Positions 38,735-48,656 of a DNA stretch of 64,000 nt are shown piece after piece. Location of the stretch: positions 1 through 64,000 of the forward strand of contig CAYTYR010000002.1 of assembly GCA_964441745.1 (NCBI GenBank), written 5' to 3'. Position 1 is the stretch's first letter; each line of letters opens with the position of its first letter. A model generated the notes under the pieces. It did no database searches and had not been told where the DNA came from. It saw only the letters and a program-made list of their open reading frames with translations. A program made the position numbers and the translations under genes. The stretch is from an uncultured Clostridia bacterium. GTDB lineage: Bacteria; CAYTYR01; UBA6262.

Positions 38735-40066
38735 GTGACGGTATTAACTTTCCCCGGGGGAATTCATCCCGGCGGGAAAAAAGAACTAACCTGTACCCAA
38801 GCTGTCAAAGTAATGCCACCACCAAAAATGGTGGTTATTCCTTTATTACAGCATATTGGGGCTGCCGGCGAGCCTTTGGTCAAAAAAGGCGATAAAGTAA
38901 AGAAAGGGCAGAAGATCGGTGAAAGCAGCTCTTTGATCACGGCTCCGGTACACGCCTCTCTTTCTGGTACGGTTGCTGATATCCGGCCGTATCCCCATCC
39001 TTTAGGCAACAAAGTCCTGTCCATCATTATCGAATCAGACGGTCTGGACCAATGGGCCGATGATATTAAGCGGGATGATAATTTCTTCCGTCTCTTGCCC
39101 CAGGAAGTCCGGGACAAGTTAAGGGATAAAGGGCTGGTCGGCCTGGGCGGCGCTGCTTTCCCTACCGTCATTAAACTTAATCCACCTGAAGATAAAATAA
39201 TAGACGTTATTATTATTAATGGTTGTGAATGTGAACCATACCTGACCTGTGATCACCGCTTGATGTTAGACCATCCCCGGGAGATCATCGAAGGCTTGAA
39301 GATCATTATGAAGCTGCTGGATGTGGGGAAGGGGATCATCGCCATTGAAGACAATAAACCTGACGCCATTAAAATACTTTCTGCGGCTGTTAAGATGGAA
39401 CCGAACATCGAGGTGGCGGCAGTAAAAACTAAATATCCCCAGGGAGCGGAAAAACAGCTGATCAAAGCCCTCTTGAAAAGGGAAGTCCCTTCAGGCAAGT
39501 TACCCTTTGAAGTGGGTGTAGTTGTCGATAATGTCGGGACAGCGTTCGCTATTTATGAAGCCCTGCATGATAATCGTCCCTTGATCGAAAGAATGATTAC
39601 TGTTACCGGGAGCGGGATCAAAGAACCGCAGAATATTAAGGTAAGAATGGGAACATTATTTAGTGACATCATTGCTTTTTGCGGCGGATTACAAGGTGAG
39701 ATCGCCAAAGTGATCATGGGTGGCCCGATGATGGGTATTGCCCAGCATGTGCTGGATGTTCCGGTGATTAAAGGAACATCAGGGATATTAGTGTTAACTG
39801 CCCAGGAGGCCAAAGTTATTCCCGCTGGTCCCTGTATCCGCTGTTCTAAGTGTATTGAAGCCTGTCCGATGAATCTCACCCCTTATTTATATGGTTTATA
39901 TGGCCGCCGGCAGGAGTATGAGGCTATGGGCAAACTTGATGTCGCTGATTGTATCGAGTGCGGTGTTTGCGCTTATGGCTGCCCGGCCAAGATCCCCTTG
40001 GTGCAGTATGCCAAGTGGGCTAAAATGGAAATTGCCCAAGCTAAGAAAAAAAAGGATACTAAATAA
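38735..40066 (+). CDS. rnfC: Rnf complex subunit C
   Basis: FPGGIHP, QHIGA, GLGGAAFPT, ECEPYLT, KYPQGAEK, two CxxCxxC motifs. Confidence 0.95.
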   Translation: MTVLTFPGGIHPGGKKELTCTQAVKVMPPPKMVVIPLLQHIGAAGEPLVKKGDKVKKGQKIGESSSLITAPVHASLSGTVADIRPYPHPLGNKVLSIIIESDGLDQWADDIKRDDNFFRLLPQEVRDKLRDKGLVGLGGAAFPTVIKLNPPEDKIIDVIIINGCECEPYLTCDHRLMLDHPREIIEGLKIIMKLLDVGKGIIAIEDNKPDAIKILSAAVKMEPNIEVAAVKTKYPQGAEKQLIKALLKREVPSGKLPFEVGVVVDNVGTAFAIYEALHDNRPLIERMITVTGSGIKEPQNIKVRMGTLFSDIIAFCGGLQGEIAKVIMGGPMMGIAQHVLDVPVIKGTSGILVLTAQEAKVIPAGPCIRCSKCIEACPMNLTPYLYGLYGRRQEYEAMGKLDVADCIECGVCAYGCPAKIPLVQYAKWAKMEIAQAKKKKDTK

Positions 40067-41007
40067 TGGTTGTTGAAACAATAAAAACAAATTCTTATAT
40101 TGTCTCCACCTCGCCACACCTTAAAAATACGGAAACTATCTCTACGGTTATGCGCGATGTCTTGATCGCCCTGGCTCCGGCAGCAATAGCCGCCGTCTAC
40201 TTTTTTGGTGTGCCGGCTCTCTGGCTGATGCTGGTCAGTATGGCCAGCGCCATAGTGGCTGAATTTATCAGTGAAAAGATCATGAAGAGGGAAGTGACGA
40301 TAACTGATGGCAGCGCTGCTGTTACTGGTTTGTTGCTGGCCATGGTTTGTCCCCCGGGTCTCCCTTTGTGGATAATCGCTATCGGCGCGGCTATTGCTAT
40401 TGTTTTAGTTAAACAGGTTTTCGGCGGGCTCGGCTATAATCCTTTTAATCCAGCATTGGCTGGCCGCGCTATATTGATGGCTTCCTGGCCGGTAGCCATG
40501 ACTACCTGGATCACGCCTTTTGATGCCATTACCACGGCTACTCCCTTGGCTATAGCCAAGTTTAGTTTGAGCCAGCCTTTACCATCTTATTGGAATTTGT
40601 TTATCGGTAACCGGGCTGGTTCATTAGGCGAGACCTCGGTCGTGGCTTTATTACTGGGAGCAGTGTACTTATTATATAAAAAACATATTACCTGGCATAT
40701 TCCAGCCTCATTTATTGCTGCTGTTGGTTTGCTGAGCTGGTTGATGGGCAAGGATCCGCTATTCAATATATTAGCTGGCGGCTTGATCCTGGGGGCTTTT
40801 TTCATGGCTACAGATATGGTGACCAGCCCGATGACTGGCAAAGGGAAAATAATCTTTGGCTGCGGTTGCGGCTTGCTCACGATTTTGATCCGCTACCAAG
40901 GCGGATTCCCGGAAGGGGTGTGTTATTCTATCCTGATTTTTAATATGCTGACTCCCTTGATCGACAAATATACTATGCCGCGGAAATTTGGGAAGGTGAA
41001 ATTATGA
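40066..41007 (+). CDS. rnfD: Rnf complex subunit D
   Basis: SPH, FGGLGYNPFNPAL, DAITTATPL, GSLGETS, MATD. Confidence 0.95.
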   Translation: MVVETIKTNSYIVSTSPHLKNTETISTVMRDVLIALAPAAIAAVYFFGVPALWLMLVSMASAIVAEFISEKIMKREVTITDGSAAVTGLLLAMVCPPGLPLWIIAIGAAIAIVLVKQVFGGLGYNPFNPALAGRAILMASWPVAMTTWITPFDAITTATPLAIAKFSLSQPLPSYWNLFIGNRAGSLGETSVVALLLGAVYLLYKKHITWHIPASFIAAVGLLSWLMGKDPLFNILAGGLILGAFFMATDMVTSPMTGKGKIIFGCGCGLLTILIRYQGGFPEGVCYSILIFNMLTPLIDKYTMPRKFGKVKL

Positions 41008-41567
41008 ACTGGAAGCAGCTATTAAAATTCGGTTTTTTACTGATGCTGATTTGTGCCCTGGCGGCAGGAGCGCTGGCTTATGTCTATGCCAAGACTAAGC
41101 CAGTAATAGAACAGCGCAAAATAGAAGCGGAAAAAGAAGCTATCCAAAGTATCTTCCCGCAGGCAGCGGAAGTGAAAATAGTGATCACGGAGAAAGAAAA
41201 TTATAAAGTTGTGTTTGACCAGGACCAGAAGGAATTAGGCGTCGCGATAAAAGCTGCTCCGGCCGGCTATGGCGGACCCATAGAAATACTGGTTGGGGTC
41301 ACCAGGGAAGGTCAGGTATCAGCGGTCAAGATTCTAAACCAGAATGAGACGCCTGGTTTGGGGACTAAAACAACCGAGCCAAAATTTTATGAACAATTTG
41401 CCGGCAAACAGGACAAGGAACTGGCTCTGAAAAAAGACGGCGGCACTATTGAAGCAGTCACTGCGGCCACGATTTCTTCCCGGGCTGTAGCCAAGGGAGT
41501 GCAGGAAGCAGTGGAAAAAGCGGTGAAATTCTACGAAGGGCAGAAAGCTCATGAGTCTCAAAAATGA
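41004..41567 (+). CDS. rnfG: Rnf complex subunit G
   Basis: N-terminal TM helix, GYGG, ETPGLG, FMN site AVTAATISS. Confidence 0.93.
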   Translation: MNWKQLLKFGFLLMLICALAAGALAYVYAKTKPVIEQRKIEAEKEAIQSIFPQAAEVKIVITEKENYKVVFDQDQKELGVAIKAAPAGYGGPIEILVGVTREGQVSAVKILNQNETPGLGTKTTEPKFYEQFAGKQDKELALKKDGGTIEAVTAATISSRAVAKGVQEAVEKAVKFYEGQKAHESQK

Positions 41568-42150
41568 TTTCTTCAGCGGCATTATCAGGGAAAACCCGGT
41601 ACTGGTGCTCATGATCGGGCTTTGCCCGACCCTGGCTGTTTCCAGTTCAGCAGTGAATGGTTTTGGTATGGGGATCGCCGCCAGTTTTGTCCTGATCTGT
41701 TCTAATATTGTCATTGCCCTGGTCAGGAAATGGATCCCGGACCAGATCCGTATCCCGATCTTCATTATTATTATTTCCACCTTTGTCACGCTCACTGACT
41801 ATGTGATGCAGGCTTATTATCCCGCTCTCTATAAACAACTTGGTGTTTTTGTCCCCTTGATCGTGGTTAATTGTATTATTCTTGGCCGGGCTGAAGCCTT
41901 TGCTTATAAGAATGGGGTATTGTCTTCCACTTTAGATGGCCTGGGTATGGGGCTGGGATTCACGCTAGTCATTACCGTGATCGGCGCGATCAGGGAGTTG
42001 GTCGGCAATGGCACGATTTTTAATAAAGTTGTTTTCGGTCCGGATTTTCAGCCGGCTTTGATCATGATCATGCCTCCGGGTGGTTTTATCACTATTGGCA
42101 TCCTAATGGCGTTCCTGCATTATTTCCAGAATAAAGCGAAGGAAAAATAA
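41551..42150 (+). CDS. rnfE: Rnf complex subunit E
   Basis: ENPVL..GLCPTLAV, IRIP, LIVVNCIILGRAE. Confidence 0.95.
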   Translation: MSLKNDFFSGIIRENPVLVLMIGLCPTLAVSSSAVNGFGMGIAASFVLICSNIVIALVRKWIPDQIRIPIFIIIISTFVTLTDYVMQAYYPALYKQLGVFVPLIVVNCIILGRAEAFAYKNGVLSSTLDGLGMGLGFTLVITVIGAIRELVGNGTIFNKVVFGPDFQPALIMIMPPGGFITIGILMAFLHYFQNKAKEK

Positions 42151-42152
42151 TC

Positions 42153-42740
42153 ATGGATTCGACTAATCTTTTTGGCATCTTGATCGCTTCCTTATTGATC
42201 AATAATATTTTGCTCATCAGGTTTATTGCCTTATGCTCGTTTTTTGGCGTATCCAACCAGATGGAAACTTCCATCGGTATGGGCATGGCGGTGATCTTTG
42301 TGATGATGATGGCTTCAGCCGTGAGTTGGCTGATCTATTATTTCCTGCTGGTGCCTTTTGACCTGGTTTACCTGCGCACCGCTTCATTTATCCTGACTAT
42401 TGCCGCGCTCGTACAACTGGAAGAAATGTACTTAAAGAAATATGTGCCGACACTCTACCGCGCGATGGGTATTTACCTGCCGCTCATCACTACCAACTGC
42501 GCGGTTTTGGCCGTCGCCTTCCTGAATATCGATTATAATTACAATTTTATGCAAAGCATGGTCTATACTTTCGGTGTGTCTGCCGGCTATACTCTGGCGA
42601 TCATTTTGTTCGCGGGTATCAGGGAGAGAATCTCCCTGGCGCCTGTGCCTAAAGCCTTGCAGGGATATCCTATCGCGTTTTTTACCGCCAGTCTCATGTC
42701 CCTGGCGTTTCTTGGCTTTAAAGGACTATTCGGATTATAA
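42153..42740 (+). CDS. rnfA: Rnf complex subunit A
   Basis: NNILL, IAALVQ, GIYLPLITTNCAV, GIRER. Confidence 0.95.
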   Translation: MDSTNLFGILIASLLINNILLIRFIALCSFFGVSNQMETSIGMGMAVIFVMMMASAVSWLIYYFLLVPFDLVYLRTASFILTIAALVQLEEMYLKKYVPTLYRAMGIYLPLITTNCAVLAVAFLNIDYNYNFMQSMVYTFGVSAGYTLAIILFAGIRERISLAPVPKALQGYPIAFFTASLMSLAFLGFKGLFGL

Positions 42741-42760
42741 AGAAAAAACAGTGATAAGGT

Positions 42761-42875
42761 ATAAGTTGTAGAGGTAAGTATGGAAGTAGGTCTAAAGTCT
42801 TTGGTTTAGAGCCTTACTTCTTAAGACTTCAGTTCAGACTAAACCTACTTCCAAAACCTACACCTTCTGACTTAT
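42761..42875 (+). repeat. ~115-bp palindromic dispersed element (family B) inside the rnf operon
   Basis: ATAAGT...ACTTAT ends; GGAAGTAGG/CCTACTTCC arms. Confidence 0.7.
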
Positions 42876-42889
42876 TTTGGAGTAAAAAA

Positions 42890-43687
42890 ATGATTTACGC
42901 TTTACTAATACTAGGTGGTTTGGGATTGATCCTGGGCCTCGGCCTGGCTTTTGCCGGGCAGAAGTTTATGGTGCATATGGATCCCAAACAGGAAGAATTG
43001 TTGAAAGTATTACCAGGAGCTAATTGTGGCGCTTGCGGTTTCCCTGGTTGTCTTGGTTATGCTGAAGCTTTAGCTTTGGGTAATGCCGAGGCCAACAAAT
43101 GCAGTGTTGGCGGCTATAAAACCACCAAGGCCATCGGTCATATCCTGGGAATAGACGTGGATGAGAAAGTAGCTGAAATAGCTTCCGTGTTTTGCCGTGG
43201 TGACCGCGAGAATTGTCCGGATAAATATATTTACGATGGGGTGCAGGATTGCCGGGCAGCCATAACTTTGTCCGGCGGGCACAAGGGCTGTATCTATGGT
43301 TGTTTAGGTTTCGGTTCTTGCGTCCGGGCTTGTCCCTTTGACGCTATTGAATGGACACCTGGTAATCCACCGAAGATCAATCCTGCCAAGTGTACAGGCT
43401 GTGGTCTGTGTTTTAAAACCTGCCCGAAAAAAGTGATCGGACTTATATCACGCGAACATGCTGTCTGTGTGTCCTGTAAAAACCTGGATAAAGGTAAAGA
43501 AGTAAGAAATGTCTGTAAAGTAGGTTGCATTGCTTGTGGCGCTTGTGTTAAAATATGTCCAAACAAGGCTATTATTCTAAAAGACAACCTCGCGGTAATC
43601 GATTACTCCAAATGTACTGGCTGCGGCAAATGTGTTGAGAAATGTCCTACCAAGACTATCATTTTTATAAAAGCCAACGGAAAATAA
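42890..43687 (+). CDS. rnfB: Rnf complex subunit B (polyferredoxin)
   Basis: LPGANCGACGFPGC and multiple CxxCxxCxxxCP motifs. Confidence 0.95.
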   Translation: MIYALLILGGLGLILGLGLAFAGQKFMVHMDPKQEELLKVLPGANCGACGFPGCLGYAEALALGNAEANKCSVGGYKTTKAIGHILGIDVDEKVAEIASVFCRGDRENCPDKYIYDGVQDCRAAITLSGGHKGCIYGCLGFGSCVRACPFDAIEWTPGNPPKINPAKCTGCGLCFKTCPKKVIGLISREHAVCVSCKNLDKGKEVRNVCKVGCIACGACVKICPNKAIILKDNLAVIDYSKCTGCGKCVEKCPTKTIIFIKANGK

Positions 43688-43705
43688 TTAAATAAGGGTT
43701 TGCGT

Positions 43706-44575
43706 ATGGAAAGCATGACAGGTTATGGAAGAGGGGAAGAAGGCGGTATCAGAGCCGAGATCCGTTGTACCAATCATCGGTACTGCGAGATCGGCTTAAA
43801 GATGCCCACCTTGCTTCTCCCGCTGGAAGATGAAGTGCGTAAGATCATCCAGGAGAAACTGAAACGCGGTCATATTGACGTCAATATCACCCTGGAATCA
43901 AAAACCACTCTGAAAAAGATCCTTTTTAAAGTTAATAAGGACCTGGCTCAGGCTTATACCTCAGTGCTCATTAAAATGGCTAAGGACCTGGATATGCCGG
44001 CTAATATCAGTCTGGAATTCCTGTTAAGCAAAGTTCCTGATATTATCCAGGTAGAAGAAACCCCGGTCAACCTGATGAAAGTGGTCCCTGACCTGAAAAA
44101 AGCGATTTTCCAAAGCGTCAACAATGTCAAAATGATCCGCCACCGGGAAGGGAAAGCCATTGAGAATGATTTTATTGACCGGTTGGACCTGATTACCGGT
44201 GTCGTGGCAGAAATAGAACAGATGGCTCCCCAGGTGATAGAAAAATACCGGAAGAGTTTTGAAGATCGTCTCCGGGGACTGCTTAAAGGGCAAGCCCTGG
44301 ACAACAACCAGCTGATGCATGAAGTGGCGGTTTACGCGGAAAAAGTGGATATTACTGAAGAGATCGTACGCCTGCATAGCCATATCAAGCAGTTCAGCCA
44401 AATTATCAAGAAGATGACTCCGGTGGGACGCGAGCTTGATTTCACCCTGCAGGAAATGAATCGCGAGATCAATACTATCGGCTCTAAAGCCGATGAGATC
44501 GTGATCAGCCAAAAAGTTATCCAGGTCAAAGGTGAGCTGGAAAAATTAAGGGAACAAGTGCAGAATATAGTATAA
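43706..44575 (+). CDS. yicC: YicC/YloC family endoribonuclease
   Basis: SMTGYG, NHRY, DITEEIVRL, QEMNREINTIGSK, REQVQN. Confidence 0.92.
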   Translation: MESMTGYGRGEEGGIRAEIRCTNHRYCEIGLKMPTLLLPLEDEVRKIIQEKLKRGHIDVNITLESKTTLKKILFKVNKDLAQAYTSVLIKMAKDLDMPANISLEFLLSKVPDIIQVEETPVNLMKVVPDLKKAIFQSVNNVKMIRHREGKAIENDFIDRLDLITGVVAEIEQMAPQVIEKYRKSFEDRLRGLLKGQALDNNQLMHEVAVYAEKVDITEEIVRLHSHIKQFSQIIKKMTPVGRELDFTLQEMNREINTIGSKADEIVISQKVIQVKGELEKLREQVQNIV

Positions 44576-44648
44576 ATACAGTGGTAAAGTGATAGAGTGA
44601 TAAAGTGGTAAGCGAACAGAGACATTAATGTAAGAGAGGAAGGGCAGC

Positions 44649-44984
44649 GTGAAAAAAGCCGGCAAGTATATTATGGTCTTTGTAACCTGCGCTCATTATA
44701 ATGAAGCTAATGAAATAGCCCATAAGCTGGTTAAAGGCAAGTTAGTGGCTTGTGTTAATATTTTATTACATTCTGAATCTATCTTCTGGTGGCAGAAAAA
44801 AATAGACCGGGCCAGTGAGATCGTCATTATTGCTAAAACTACTGCTGCCAAAATGCAGAATTTGATCGCTAAAGTCAAAGAACTGCATAGTTACAAAGTC
44901 CCGGAGATCATAGCATTGCCAATTATAGACGGTAGTGCAGAATATTTTAACTGGATCGACGATTCAGTTAAAGAAAAGGAGTAA
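44649..44984 (+). CDS. cutA: Divalent-cation tolerance protein CutA
   Basis: LVACVNI, SIFWW, ELHSYKVPEII. Confidence 0.92.
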   Translation: MKKAGKYIMVFVTCAHYNEANEIAHKLVKGKLVACVNILLHSESIFWWQKKIDRASEIVIIAKTTAAKMQNLIAKVKELHSYKVPEIIALPIIDGSAEYFNWIDDSVKEKE

Positions 44985-44990
44985 CACAGC

Positions 44991-46009
44991 CTGAGATTAT
45001 CAAAAGTTTTATTACTGGCTGCAGCAGCGCTTGTAATTGGCGCCATAGCTTGGGCCGAAGCGCCGGTGGCAGCCAATAATACCGCCAAAATAGGAGGCTA
45101 CACCAGGCTCCGTTACCTGATTTTACCGGAGGAAGCAGATACTTTCAGGTTTGATGAATTATCGTTGACTATTAAAAACGATTTCAATGATAAGATCTTC
45201 GGTCTGGTCGGCGCTCTGGTCTATGGTGGCAACACCTTTTATCTGGAGCACGCTTTTATCGGCATTAAGGGATTGCCGCTGAATGGTATGATGTACATCG
45301 GGTAAACCCGTAATTATGCTTTCGGTTTGACCCCTAGTTATGGTAACCGCAAGACTACTAACTACGGGATCGTGTCTGATATGTTTACCCATGACCGTAT
45401 TCTGGGTGTGCAGTATCTGGGCAAAGTTGAAAAGCTTGATTTCTCAGCAGACCGCGATTCTACTCTTGGCACTTTCCAGGGCCGTGATGCCAGCGACAAC
45501 AAAGAAGCTGCTGCCCGTATTGTGGAGTATCCAATGTCAGTGGTTTCAGCGCTGGATTGAGTGGCACAGTCGGAAGATTGAGTATTGCTGATTTGAATTA
45601 CATGAGAACTAACGTCAAAGCTGACTATGATAGCTGGACCAAGAACCGGTTTGGCTTGGACGCGAAATATACCGCTGGGAAATTCCTGGCTCAGTTTGAG
45701 TTCTATCAGGGTAAAACCAGCGGCCTTAGTCACAATGCCTGGCAGATCCTGGGCTTGTATAAGATTCCCTGCCGGAACGACAAGACGGTAGACGTTTATG
45801 CCCGTTATGGTATGGTTAACCCGGATATCGAAGCGACAGCTTCCAGTTATACCTGGGATTTGAACCAGACTGTGGCCGGGATCGTTTATTATTTCACCAA
45901 GAATATCTGGCTGCCGACCGAGCTGGAATTTAATGATGAATGCCCTAGTGATGGCATAGAGAAGATCGATAATGATGTTTACTTTACGGAGTTGTTCGTT
46001 AGTTTCTAG
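44991..46009 (+). pseudogene. Fragmented outer-membrane porin (OprO/OprP-like beta-barrel)
   Basis: Signal peptide from CTG at 44991, in-frame TAA at 45303, frameshift near 45557, C-terminal ...ELFVSF beta-signal. Confidence 0.7.
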
Positions 46010-46025
46010 TAGGATAATTGACTAG

Positions 46026-47027
46026 ATGAAAGAAGCGCTATATTATAAAATTATTAATGCAAATAAAAAAGCGGCACAGTGTGAGCTGTGCCCTTTTTTA
46101 TGCGTGCTTGAACCGGGGCAGGCTGGCAACTGCGGTATTCGCCAGAACCTGGACGGAAAAATATTTTCCTTAGTTTACGGGCAATTTGCCTCGGTCAATC
46201 TTGATCCTATTGAGAAGAAGCCGTTATATCATTTCTATCCTGGCTCAGACATCTTTTCGGTCGGGACCGCTGGCTGCAATTTTCATTGCCAGTTTTGCCA
46301 AAATTGGGAGATTTCCCAAAAGAAACCGTCAGAATTGCCCTTACGGGAAATCCCCAGTGATGATGTAGTCCGGATGGCCAAGCAATATGACAGTATTGGG
46401 GTAGCCTATACTTATAATGAGCCGCTGGTTAATTATGAATTTGTCCTGGAATGCGCGGAAAAGGCTCATAAATACGGCTTAAAAAATGTCCTGGTCACCA
46501 ATGGCTATATCCAGGAAGCTCCACTGCTCAGGTTACTGCCGTTCATTGATGCGGTCAACGTTGACGTGAAATCCTTCCGCGATGATTTTTACAAAAAAAT
46601 GTGCGGCGGCCGCCTGGCTCCGGTCTTGCGTACCGTGGAAGCCTGTGCCCGCAAAAAGATCCATATTGAAATAACCACCCTGATCATCCCGCATCTTAAT
46701 GATTCAATAGAAGAACTGGAAGACCTGACTGACTGGGTTTATGCGCTGGGTGAAGAAACGCCGTTACATTTTTCCCGTTATTTACCCTGTTACAAGATGA
46801 CGGCAGACCCGACGCCGCTGGCGACATTGCATCAAGCCCGGGATATAGCCATTAAGAAATTAAAATATGTCTATCTTGGCAATGTTTTTGAGGAACGGGA
46901 AACAAAAACCTATTGCCCTCATTGCCAGGAATTAATGATCGTCAGGCAGGGGTATCGTACTGCGGTTAAGGCGGTGAAAGATAGTCACTGCGCAAAATGC
47001 GGGAATAAAGTCAATGTCATACAATAA
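46026..47027 (+). CDS. amrS: AmmeMemoRadiSam system radical SAM enzyme
   Basis: CELCP, DPIEKKPLYHF, GCNFHCQFCQNWEIS, YTYNEP. Confidence 0.9.
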   Translation: MKEALYYKIINANKKAAQCELCPFLCVLEPGQAGNCGIRQNLDGKIFSLVYGQFASVNLDPIEKKPLYHFYPGSDIFSVGTAGCNFHCQFCQNWEISQKKPSELPLREIPSDDVVRMAKQYDSIGVAYTYNEPLVNYEFVLECAEKAHKYGLKNVLVTNGYIQEAPLLRLLPFIDAVNVDVKSFRDDFYKKMCGGRLAPVLRTVEACARKKIHIEITTLIIPHLNDSIEELEDLTDWVYALGEETPLHFSRYLPCYKMTADPTPLATLHQARDIAIKKLKYVYLGNVFEERETKTYCPHCQELMIVRQGYRTAVKAVKDSHCAKCGNKVNVIQ

Positions 47028-48069
47028 TAACTCAAAACTCACCTGTCCCCGCTTCTTTGATTTGTTCCGTAGGACAAATCAGCAGGGGAAAACTCAAAAC
47101 TCAACATTGCTTTTCATAGTACTAATAATATCTCTGTTCGGATGTAAGCCCAAGGAACAAGAGGTCTATGATGCCAGGGTGATGCTGGGAACAGTGATCG
47201 AGATCAAGATAGTCGATGCTGATACCCAAAAAGCAAACCAAGCGCTCACTGCGGCTTTCGCTGAGATCAGCCGTATCGAAAAATTAATGTCCCATTTTGA
47301 TCCGGACAGCATCCTTTCGCGGTTGAATAGGCAGGGTTTTTCCGAGGACCGGGAACTTAACGATCTTATCTTGCAAGCCCTGGAACTAAGTAGAATTACC
47401 GCCGGCGGTTTTGACATTACGGTAGGGCCATTGATGAATTTATGGGATTTCAAAGCCACGATCCCGCGGGTACCGGCAACGCGACAGATCAGCCAAGCGC
47501 TGATAAATATTAGTTATAAAAAAATAAATTTTGATTCCAATAAAAATAGAATTATGATAAAAAAGGGCATTGACATTGATCTGGGTGGAATTGCCAAAGG
47601 GTATGCTACGGACCAGGCCATAGCTGTATTGCAAAAAGAGGGCATCCATACCGCGTTAGTCAACTCTGGCGGAGATATCCGAGCGATCGGTAATAAGGAA
47701 TGGAACATTGGCTTGAAAGATCCGCGTAGTAATAATATCTTGGCGGCCATTAGAGTTAAGGACAAGGCTGTAGTCACCAGCGGGGATTATGAGCGGTATT
47801 TCATCAAAGACGGGAAACGATATCACCATATTCTGGATCCACGTACCGGTTATCCGGCTGGCCTGTGCCAAAGCGTGACCGTTATTGCTCCGACCGCTAC
47901 GGCGGCAGTGGCCTTAGCTAAAGGAATTTTTGTGGCTGGGCCGGTGATAGGACTGGAAATTGCGGCTTCACAACCGGAGACAGAGACTATTATTATCGAT
48001 AACCAGGGCCGGGTACATGTATCCGCCGGCTTGGTTAAAAAAGAAAATACGTATCATCTAAAGCCCTAG
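47014..48069 (+). CDS. apbE: FAD:protein FMN transferase (lipoprotein)
   Basis: LFGC lipobox, MLGT, FDITVGPL, DLGGIAKG, TSGDYERY, YHHILDPRTGYP. Confidence 0.92.
   Translation: MSYNNNSKLTCPRFFDLFRRTNQQGKTQNSTLLFIVLIISLFGCKPKEQEVYDARVMLGTVIEIKIVDADTQKANQALTAAFAEISRIEKLMSHFDPDSILSRLNRQGFSEDRELNDLILQALELSRITAGGFDITVGPLMNLWDFKATIPRVPATRQISQALINISYKKINFDSNKNRIMIKKGIDIDLGGIAKGYATDQAIAVLQKEGIHTALVNSGGDIRAIGNKEWNIGLKDPRSNNILAAIRVKDKAVVTSGDYERYFIKDGKRYHHILDPRTGYPAGLCQSVTVIAPTATAAVALAKGIFVAGPVIGLEIAASQPETETIIIDNQGRVHVSAGLVKKENTYHLKP
47041..47088 (+). mobile_element. 48-bp CCTG-hairpin micro-element inserted in frame in the apbE signal region
   Basis: Removing it restores a perfect AAAACTC tandem array; its arms match the reverse complement of 56080-56125. 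Confidence 0.75.
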
Positions 48070-48077
48070 TTCTAATC

Positions 48078-48097
48078 CCTGCCGGCCGGCCGGCAGG
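48078..48097. mobile_element. 20-bp perfect palindrome CCTGCCGGCCGGCCGGCAGG
   Basis: CCTG at both 5' ends; intergenic. Confidence 0.5.
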
Positions 48098-48124
48098 TGG
48101 GCAATCATCTTCATGGAGTGAAAA

Positions 48125-48460
48125 ATGGAAAAATTCAATGAAAATGATAAAAATTATAAAAATGGCGATTGGGGAACAAAATATTTCGTGAATGGCCCGC
48201 ACTGGGAAGGCGGGCTCCTTGTCTTCAAACCCGGCCAGAAGCTGGGTGAACATTTTCACCGGGAAGTTGAGGAAACATTTTATTTCCTGGAAGGCGCCCC
48301 GGTAATGGTTGTCAATGGCCAAGAACACCGGGCGCAGCCCGGCGACATATTCAAACTGGCGGCCGGTGAAAAACATGATATTATTAATGATACTGACCAG
48401 TTAATGAAGGCGATCTTTATCAAGAGCCCTTACCGGCCTAGCGATAAGATAGCAAGTTAA
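48125..48460 (+). CDS. Cupin domain protein
   Basis: HFHREVEETFYFLEG, GEKH. Confidence 0.88.
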   Translation: MEKFNENDKNYKNGDWGTKYFVNGPHWEGGLLVFKPGQKLGEHFHREVEETFYFLEGAPVMVVNGQEHRAQPGDIFKLAAGEKHDIINDTDQLMKAIFIKSPYRPSDKIAS

Positions 48461-48477
48461 AATTAGTAAGAACTGAA

Positions 48478-48592
48478 ATAAGTTGGAGGTTGTGGAAGTA
48501 GGTATAGAAGTAAGTCTAAAGTCTGTGGTTTTAACCTTAGCCCATATACTTAAGACCAAACTTACTTCTAAAACTTACACCTGATAACTGTT
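48478..48592 (+). repeat. ~115-bp palindromic dispersed element (family B)
   Basis: GTAGGTATAGAAGTAAGTCTAAAGTCTGTGG aligns with the 42761 copy. Confidence 0.7.
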
Positions 48593-48656
48593 TTTCGAAT
48601 TGACTGGTAACTGCCTTTCGCACTTACTGGCAACTATTTTAGAAAAGGATGTGACC

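Noticed and set aside
45303-45305. Stop-codon recoding in the porin gene
   Set aside because: The stop is TAA, and the gene also has a frameshift and a degraded start; pseudogenisation is simpler.
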